Assembly: GCA_964230215.1 (NCBI GenBank)
Contig: CAXRGQ010000007.1
Span: 789,531 to 853,530 of the forward strand
Length of the DNA: 64,000 nt
Source: Flavobacteriales bacterium
Lineage (GTDB): Bacteria; Bacteroidota; Bacteroidia; Flavobacteriales_D; JAUILH01
Direction: 5' to 3'
Shown here one piece after another: positions 9,299 through 15,576 of this stretch (the first letter of the stretch is position 1; every line of letters begins with the position of its first letter). A program made the translations under genes and the position numbers. Below the pieces are notes generated by a model that saw nothing but the letters and a program-made list of their open reading frames with translations, was not told the origin of the DNA and did not search any database.

Positions 9299-9955
9299 AT
9301 GAAAAATGTATTATTGGGTATTTTGTGCCTTTCGTTTGCACTAACTTCTTCTGCTCAAGTTGGGGAAAAAGGAAAAATTTATGTCGATTTAAATGGCGGT
9401 CTCGGTATTTATAGAACGCTTGCCACCTCAACGATTACAAGTGGAGGCTCAAGTATTTCGTCTGAGGTAAAAGACACAGCTGCAGCGACCTATGTAGCCA
9501 TTGGAGCAGAATATGGCATTGTTGATTGGCTTAGTGCAGGTTTAAACCTAAGGTCAGGGAGCTATCTTTACGAGGACAATGATCAAAAACAATACAAAAG
9601 CAACAAGGTTAACACGCTTGAGGCTACTTCACACCTCTATTTTTTAAACCGAGATAAGTTCACGTTTTTCGGATCAATTGCGCTTGGATATACATTCTTC
9701 AAGAACAGCTATGACAATAACATTTATTCATCAGATGAAAAATATAATGGCTTGCATACCGGATTAGGACTAGGTTTTAAGTGGTTGTTTATTAAAGAAA
9801 GAGTTGGTTTGTTTTTTAACTATGAGTACAACACCTTCAACTTTGATTTAAAGGAGCGGATGATCAACGGAAATCAGCAGGATTTATCAAACCTAGAATA
9901 CAATTTAAATGTTCGTGGAAGTGAATTACGTTTGGGCCTCAGTGTTAAGATTTAG
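9299..9955 (+). CDS. Outer-membrane beta-barrel protein (OmpW/porin-like, function unknown)
   Basis: 218 aa. Signal peptide ending SSAQ. Alternating hydrophobic and Gly/Tyr/Asn-rich strands. Embedded in the lipoprotein array. Confidence 0.55.
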   Translation: MKNVLLGILCLSFALTSSAQVGEKGKIYVDLNGGLGIYRTLATSTITSGGSSISSEVKDTAAATYVAIGAEYGIVDWLSAGLNLRSGSYLYEDNDQKQYKSNKVNTLEATSHLYFLNRDKFTFFGSIALGYTFFKNSYDNNIYSSDEKYNGLHTGLGLGFKWLFIKERVGLFFNYEYNTFNFDLKERMINGNQQDLSNLEYNLNVRGSELRLGLSVKI

Positions 9956-10187
9956 TGCAATTATTTGGATGATTCTTTTTCTTGGATCTTGTAGTAGTGG
10001 CGGAGATGACAATAAGGCCTTGTGCGAATGCATTAAAGACCTGGATGCTTTGGATGCACAGATGCGCGAGGAAGGCAGTTCAAGAGAGCTGGCAAACGCA
10101 TTTAAAAAACGAATGGCAAATTGCGCAAAGGTCATGAAGGACTATAAACCAGAGAAAAAGGAAGAAATTTTGAAGAACTGTGAGTGA
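9942..10187 (+). CDS. Small CxC lipoprotein, paralog 8
   Basis: The ORF-track ORF starts at 9909. A GTG at 9942 gives (M)LRFSAIIWMILFLGSC, a normal-length lipoprotein signal, whereas the ATG at 9969 would leave too short a signal. Followed by CEC, ANCAKV and KNCE. Overlaps the end of the OMP gene. Confidence 0.6.
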   Translation: MLRFSAIIWMILFLGSCSSGGDDNKALCECIKDLDALDAQMREEGSSRELANAFKKRMANCAKVMKDYKPEKKEEILKNCE

Positions 10188-10194
10188 TAATGAT

Positions 10195-10202
10195 TATCTT
10201 GC
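10195..10202 (+). promoter_or_regulatory. TATCTTGC box upstream of paralog 9
   Basis: Exact 8-mer, 28 nt before the ATG at 10231. Confidence 0.45.
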
Positions 10203-10230
10203 CCTCCAATAAACGTTATTAAAGATTAAA

Positions 10231-10461
10231 ATGAAAAAAGTATTGTTTTCTGCTGCATTAGTTGCAGCACTAGGATTGTCTTCATGTGGTGGAGATAAAG
10301 ATTATTGCGAGTGTATGGAAATCGGCCTTAAAGTTCTTGGTGGTGAAATGACCAAAGAAGAAGCTGAAGATGAAGCTAAAGGATGTGAGTACATTAAAGA
10401 CTTATCACAAGAAGAGCAAGCTGAAAAAGCTAAAGATTGCGACTTCAGTGATATGAAGTAA
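10231..10461 (+). CDS. Small acidic CxC lipoprotein, paralog 9
   Basis: 76 aa. Lipobox LSSC, then CEC, KGCEYI and KDCDFS. Confidence 0.8.
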   Translation: MKKVLFSAALVAALGLSSCGGDKDYCECMEIGLKVLGGEMTKEEAEDEAKGCEYIKDLSQEEQAEKAKDCDFSDMK

Positions 10462-10488
10462 CTATCATACTTAACTAATTTAAGTTTT

Positions 10489-10530
10489 AACCTGTCTTCA
10501 GCAATAAGCGGAAGTCAGGTTTTTTCTTTT
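10489..10530 (+). terminator. Rho-independent terminator after paralog 9
   Basis: aacctgtcttc...ggaagtcaggtt imperfect hairpin followed by a T-run. Confidence 0.6.
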
Positions 10531-10557
10531 TATACCCCAAGAGACTAAGGTTTTAGT

Positions 10558-10565
10558 TATCTTGC
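10558..10565 (+). promoter_or_regulatory. TATCTTGC box upstream of paralog 10
   Basis: Exact 8-mer, 18 nt before the ATG at 10584. Confidence 0.45.
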
Positions 10566-10583
10566 ATTACAAAATTATAGACT

Positions 10584-10874
10584 ATGAAATCTCTAGCTTT
10601 ATCTATTATATGTGTAAGTAGTGTAATGGTAATTACCTCTTGTGGCTCATCGTATTCTTCAGAAGCAGGTGATATGGCTGATGGCGTGTGCGACTGTGTG
10701 GGAGAAAATTATAGTGAAGATTTCGCAAAGGAATGCTTGTTTAAAGTAGTTACCTCATCAAAAAAGTATGAAGAGTTTGGAGACGATATTGACGCTGCAC
10801 AGGCGTTTTCAATGGAGGTTCAGGACGCTCTCAAGGATAAATGCCCAGAAGTATATACAGTTCTTAAAGATTAA
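10584..10874 (+). CDS. CxC lipoprotein, paralog 10
   Basis: 96 aa. Lipobox ITSC, then CDC, KECLFK and DKCPEV. Confidence 0.7.
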   Translation: MKSLALSIICVSSVMVITSCGSSYSSEAGDMADGVCDCVGENYSEDFAKECLFKVVTSSKKYEEFGDDIDAAQAFSMEVQDALKDKCPEVYTVLKD

Positions 10875-10895
10875 ACGGCCCCAATAAACTTAGGT

Positions 10896-11246
10896 ATGAC
10901 TAGAGTATATTTCGCTTTCCTACTTATTTTTACTCTTGCTGTTGCATCATGTGGAAGCAAACAATCTGACACCATTTCAATTAAGGATATTAAAGAGCCA
11001 TGTGACTGCACCAATCATCTTACTATTTATTTGGATGAGGCACTAGAAATCTCACAAAATTACGATTCTGGCAAGGATATAGAAGGCTCGGCTGATGAAG
11101 CAGAACTAGAGCTTTTATTGGATCGTATTGAGGCAACTCAGCGCAAATGTGAAAAAAAATTCGAATCTTCTGCAGTCCAATCGTGTAGTGGAAGCGAGCA
11201 AGTTGAGTCTAAGCTAATTGAGCTTTATAAATTATTGTCCGAATAG
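10896..11246 (+). CDS. CxC lipoprotein, paralog 11
   Basis: 116 aa. Lipobox VASC, then PCDC, RKCEKK and QSCSGS. It starts 21 nt after paralog 10, so the two are probably co-transcribed. Confidence 0.7.
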   Translation: MTRVYFAFLLIFTLAVASCGSKQSDTISIKDIKEPCDCTNHLTIYLDEALEISQNYDSGKDIEGSADEAELELLLDRIEATQRKCEKKFESSAVQSCSGSEQVESKLIELYKLLSE

Positions 11247-11262
11247 ATTCCTTAGTTCTGGC

Positions 11263-11712
11263 TTACTGGACTATTCTCATGCCAACATGAGGTATACCGT
11301 CCTCTAGATATTCATCTGTATACTTTTCAAACCCAAACCCTTCGTAATAGTGCATTAAATGAGACTGTGCACTGATAGCAATTTTTAGCGGCTCATAATG
11401 TTTGTCTATGTGTGTCAGGGTGAACCGAATTAACCGTGATGCAAGTCCTTTAGATCTATAATTTACATCTGTCACCACGCGCCCAATTTTAATGATGTTA
11501 TCCTGAACATAAAGACGCAAATAACAACATGCCACCATTCCGTCCATGATAAAAATATGCTCAGCGCTTTTATCTATCTCGTCTACATCAGGATAAGGAC
11601 AGTCCTGCTCCACGACAAATACATCAACACGCAACTTGTAAATAGCGAATATTTCATCGTTACTTAAATCTTGGAATTTCTTTATATGGATGTTATCTAA
11701 AGGCAAAACCAA
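11263..11712 (-). CDS. GNAT family N-acetyltransferase (ElaA-like)
   Basis: 149 aa. VFVVEQDCPYPDVDEID and RSKGLASRL motifs as in ElaA-type GNATs. The start is a TTG and is uncertain. Confidence 0.7.
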   Translation of the reverse strand: MVLPLDNIHIKKFQDLSNDEIFAIYKLRVDVFVVEQDCPYPDVDEIDKSAEHIFIMDGMVACCYLRLYVQDNIIKIGRVVTDVNYRSKGLASRLIRFTLTHIDKHYEPLKIAISAQSHLMHYYEGFGFEKYTDEYLEDGIPHVGMRIVQ

Positions 11713-12988
11713 TGTTGAATAATAAGTTGTTATTTAGACTAAGCCCTTGGTAGTAACCTTTCGACTTATAACCTAGCCTGGCTTGTACAAATGCGTTTCG
11801 GCGTTTAAATAGTTTGTAGTTAGCAATTATATTTCCCATTCCGCCAAAACCTTCGAATTGCTCAAACACTTGATTTACCTTAAAGCTCATTTCGGGCTGA
11901 TTCCACAGGCCAATTAGCCCATCAAGGCTAAATCGTTTATCCTTTCCCAATAGTAAATTAAACATATTAATATCTATGCCCAAGGACTTAATTGCGCTTC
12001 CAGCCGTATGTCGAAAATCAAATTCGAGCATTGATTTTTCAAACTTAAAGTACTGCTTATAAAGCATTTCGATTCCATAAGGAGCGGTAAGGATATCAAA
12101 ACTTGGCAAATACTTAACTTTTTCTCCAAACTTAATCCACAGTAGTTTGGCTTCTTCCTCACCTTTGGCTATATACTTAAATAACCCAGCCGCAGACGCC
12201 AGATTTACTGGGTCGAGAATCATATCTGCTATGGATAAGATCTGAAGCTTATCTAAATCTACATGCCCTTGACCATAAGTGGCATTAAGCTCGTTGGCAT
12301 AACGCGTCAAACTCGAATCAACATACGATTTACCAGTGGCTATATGAAAGGCTAAATCATTATTAGAAAACAGATACAATAGGCCATCTTCAAATAACAT
12401 ATGATCGTTTAACAATGTGTTTTTGGCTGCCAGGTTTGATATCATCTGATTGGCTTCAAAGCCCCCTATGTAACTCAGCGCTCGCTCCTTTGGACTCAGA
12501 GAGTCTGAGAAAATTACTGACATTGTTGGCAAACCTTGGCCATACGGCTGTGGCACGCTTAGATTAGGAGCCGTGTAACTTGCTCCTAATTGTTCTGCCC
12601 TATACTGAGCACCAAATATTTGTCTCTGAGTAATAGCAGTAAGATAAGTTAGTGGATAATCCATCAACCCCGTTTTTACCACCCTGTACAAAATGTTTCC
12701 GGCTTTGGATAGTTTACTCTCTTTTTTGAAAATATCTGTAGGAATAAACTTATTCTCCAGTCGACTAACTAACTCATGATTTGCGAGCAACTGTTGAGCA
12801 CCAAAGTTGGCCGAGAGTTCGTTTTCGTATACAAGGCTGTATATTGAGTTTTTATCGTCCTTATCGGATTTTTTGTCCTTGTCTTTGTCTTTTTTGTCCT
12901 TATTGAAGAATTGTGCACTTGTATCACAAACACTTAGTGATGCAATAAGAAGGCAGATTAGTTTGAACTGAAAGAGTCTTTGCAACAT
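11693..12988 (-). CDS. Hypothetical secreted protein with K/D-rich low-complexity N-terminus
   Basis: 431 aa. Signal peptide, then KDKKDKDKDKKSDKDDK. No motif recognised. Confidence 0.4.
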   Translation of the reverse strand: MLQRLFQFKLICLLIASLSVCDTSAQFFNKDKKDKDKDKKSDKDDKNSIYSLVYENELSANFGAQQLLANHELVSRLENKFIPTDIFKKESKLSKAGNILYRVVKTGLMDYPLTYLTAITQRQIFGAQYRAEQLGASYTAPNLSVPQPYGQGLPTMSVIFSDSLSPKERALSYIGGFEANQMISNLAAKNTLLNDHMLFEDGLLYLFSNNDLAFHIATGKSYVDSSLTRYANELNATYGQGHVDLDKLQILSIADMILDPVNLASAAGLFKYIAKGEEEAKLLWIKFGEKVKYLPSFDILTAPYGIEMLYKQYFKFEKSMLEFDFRHTAGSAIKSLGIDINMFNLLLGKDKRFSLDGLIGLWNQPEMSFKVNQVFEQFEGFGGMGNIIANYKLFKRRNAFVQARLGYKSKGYYQGLSLNNNLLFNIGFAFR

Positions 12989-13156
12989 TAAAATAGTATT
13001 TGTGGCTAATTTAGGATTATCGTTGGAAATATACGGACATTTAAGCGCTTTCCTAATGCTTATATCTGCAAAACAGGGCGTGATGCAACCATCTTAACAA
13101 AATACTCGTTTTGTCATTGTTAATCAACTTGTTTACTCACAGAAGATAATCAGAAA

Positions 13157-14782
13157 ATGAAAAAATTACTTGCTACACTCATACTATTGACTAGCATATC
13201 TTCAAGCTATGCTACACATATTGTGGGGGGTGATATTAGCTTACAATATGTATCTCCAAACACATATAATCTTACCGTAAGAGTGTATAAAGATTGTGGC
13301 TCATCAATAAACCCTAATCCAGCGGGTATGCCAACCTCAGTAACAGTTGGTTTATATGACCTATCAACAGATGCTCAGAATACCACTTGGGTTCTAAATA
13401 ATCAAAGTGCTGACACTTTAAGCTTAGGTGATGATTGTTATACACCGGATGATATTTGCGTAATGGAAGGAATATTTACAACACAAGTTACTATCCCAAA
13501 CAACCCAAATGGCTGGTATTTATCTACTCAATTATATGCTAGAAATGGTATTATAGACAATATCGTAGGTCCGGGGTCCACAGGAATGACATTCTACGCC
13601 GAGATTCCAGATCCTGCTATTGGTGTGAACTCTACACCGGATTTTGGTCCATATCCGACTGATGGATATTTGTGTATTAGTTATCGTAAGGAATTAGAGT
13701 TTAACGTATCTGATGCTGATGGCGATTCACTTGTATATTCTTTAGTGGACCCATTAGGATCTGTTGGAACAGCAAATGGTACTTTTGCTGGCCCATACAC
13801 AGGCGTGAATTGGCAAGCGCCTTTCAGTTTAGCCGATATTTGCGGAGGAACACCACCAATGGATATAGATCCAATTACCGGTATAGTGTCCGCGCAGCCG
13901 TCGGCTTTGGGTGTATATGTGTTCTCTGTTCGAGTAGAAGAATATAGAAATGGCGTAAAAATAGGGGAGACAAGAAGAGACATGCAGTATGCGGCACTGA
14001 ATTGTACGGTTGACAGCCCACCGAACTTTTTGGGATGGGATGACACCACTCAAACTGTGGAAGCATTGAGTGAATTATGCTTAGACTTTATTGTACAAGA
14101 TGTTGATGCAGATGACACAATTTATATGGATATAGATTCAGACATTTTGTCTATCCATGGAGGTTATACCACAACGGGGACATTGGTGGCTACATCACCA
14201 GATACACTCTATGAATATGAGTATACATCCGGCGGAAGCACTTTCACTGTGCAACAAGATCAGAACGGCATCTTTTTAATACCACCGAGTAATGTACTTT
14301 ATTTTAATGAAGGAACGGTAGCGCAGAGATTTTGCTGGACGCCTCAATGTGAGCACATAAGCACGCATCCTTACCCTGTAACGGTAGAATCTTACTCGCT
14401 GGGTTGTAGCGGTTCTGACACTACGCGCTTAAATGTTAACATTAACGTTGTTCCAATTCAGAATGGTTTCGAGAAAATTCCCAATGTGTTTACTCCTAAC
14501 GGAGATGGTGTGAATGATTATTTCATGATTGATGGAAGGTTTGACGTGTGCAACGATTTTATGAACGTAAAAATAATGAATAGATGGGGTCAATTGATTT
14601 TTGAATCGGATGATCCATTGTTCAAATGGGATGGCAAAACCGAATCAGGTAAAGAATGTCAGGCTGGTACTTATTATGTTTTAATTGAGGGACAATATGG
14701 AGGTGAGGTAATCACTAACGATGATGTGGGCAGCCAAGACAGCAGGAATATTAGCAAATACGCTGTCACCCTTTTTAGATAG
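13157..14782 (+). CDS. T9SS type-B cargo: gliding-motility-associated C-terminal domain protein
   Basis: 541 aa. Signal peptide. C-terminal FTPNGDGVNDYF...MNRWGQLIFES...WDGK...GTYYV signature. Confidence 0.75.
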   Translation: MKKLLATLILLTSISSSYATHIVGGDISLQYVSPNTYNLTVRVYKDCGSSINPNPAGMPTSVTVGLYDLSTDAQNTTWVLNNQSADTLSLGDDCYTPDDICVMEGIFTTQVTIPNNPNGWYLSTQLYARNGIIDNIVGPGSTGMTFYAEIPDPAIGVNSTPDFGPYPTDGYLCISYRKELEFNVSDADGDSLVYSLVDPLGSVGTANGTFAGPYTGVNWQAPFSLADICGGTPPMDIDPITGIVSAQPSALGVYVFSVRVEEYRNGVKIGETRRDMQYAALNCTVDSPPNFLGWDDTTQTVEALSELCLDFIVQDVDADDTIYMDIDSDILSIHGGYTTTGTLVATSPDTLYEYEYTSGGSTFTVQQDQNGIFLIPPSNVLYFNEGTVAQRFCWTPQCEHISTHPYPVTVESYSLGCSGSDTTRLNVNINVVPIQNGFEKIPNVFTPNGDGVNDYFMIDGRFDVCNDFMNVKIMNRWGQLIFESDDPLFKWDGKTESGKECQAGTYYVLIEGQYGGEVITNDDVGSQDSRNISKYAVTLFR

Positions 14783-14795
14783 GATAAAAAAATAA

Positions 14796-14822
14796 AAGCT
14801 CTGCATAGCGCAGAGCTTATTT
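14796..14822 (+). terminator. Probable rho-independent terminator
   Basis: aagctctgc-atagc-gcagagctt hairpin with a weak T-tract. Confidence 0.55.
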
Positions 14823-14823
14823 G

Positions 14824-14897
14824 TGGAGATAGTCGGAGTCGAACCGACGACCTCTACGCTGCCAGCGTAGCGCTCTAGCCAGCTGAGCTATACCCCC
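14824..14897 (-). tRNA. tRNA-Ala (anticodon GGC)
   Basis: Manual cloverleaf: acceptor GGGGGTA/TATCTCC with the G3:U70 Ala identity pair, D arm GCTC/GAGC, anticodon stem CTACG/CGTAG with loop CTGGCAG, T arm GTCGG-TTCGACT-CCGAC. CCA is not encoded. Confidence 0.9.
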
Positions 14898-14945
14898 GCA
14901 GTGCGAATATAAGAATAGTCCCGAATTATTAATACATTAGTTTCC

Positions 14946-15533
14946 GTGGATTATTACATTATTTACAAGCCCTATAATATGCTTTCGCAATTTACCCAGG
15001 AAGGCAATAGAACGTCTCTAAAAGATTTGTATGATTTTCCTAGTGACGTTTATCCCGTGGGACGACTGGATGCAGATAGCGAGGGACTTCTAATTTTGAC
15101 AAACGACACCTATCTAAATAATGCTCTGCTTAATCCAAAACATGGACATAACAGAAAATATTTAGTGCAAGTAGATGGGCAAATTACTGATGAGGCCATC
15201 AGAAAACTGCAAGACGGTGTTCAAATCAAAATCAACAAAAAGATATATCAAACTAAACCATGCAATTCATGTATAATTGATGCGCCGGAGCACCTTCCAG
15301 AACGCATTCCACCAGTAAGATATAGAGCAAACATTCCAACCTCATGGATAGAGCTCAACTTAAGCGAGGGTAAAAATAGGCAGGTGAGAAAGATGACTGC
15401 GAAAGTAGGTTTTCCAACCTTGCGGCTAATTCGTGAGCGAATAGAAGATTTGAGCATTGATCATTTACAAGGAGAAGCTGTGACGCAAATCGATCAAACA
15501 ACGCTATATGAATTGCTCAGGATCAATAAATAA
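14946..15533 (+). CDS. Pseudouridine synthase (RsuA/RluE family)
   Basis: 195 aa with a GTG start. Catalytic motif GRLDADSEGLLILTND and the conserved C-terminal GKNRQVRKM. Confidence 0.8.
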   Translation: MDYYIIYKPYNMLSQFTQEGNRTSLKDLYDFPSDVYPVGRLDADSEGLLILTNDTYLNNALLNPKHGHNRKYLVQVDGQITDEAIRKLQDGVQIKINKKIYQTKPCNSCIIDAPEHLPERIPPVRYRANIPTSWIELNLSEGKNRQVRKMTAKVGFPTLRLIRERIEDLSIDHLQGEAVTQIDQTTLYELLRINK

Positions 15534-15576
15534 GAGATTCAATTGACGGAACTTGTCAAAATCCGTACTTTTAGAC

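Noticed and set aside
9909-9941. ATG at 9909 as the start of lipoprotein paralog 8
   Set aside because: It would add an acidic 11-residue extension (MFVEVNYVWAS) and a 47-nt overlap with the OMP gene. The GTG at 9942 gives a canonical signal peptide. This remains uncertain.
6033-10135. Minus-strand ORFs antisense to the lipoprotein array (6033-6449, 6178-6372, 7065-7313, 7437-7718, 8165-8575, 8672-8869, 9926-10135), with Ser/Phe/Leu-rich translations
   Set aside because: They are mirror images of the GAA/GAG/AAG-rich sense codons and give low-complexity S/F/L strings. They have no signal or motif. The sense ORFs have signal peptides, promoters and terminators.
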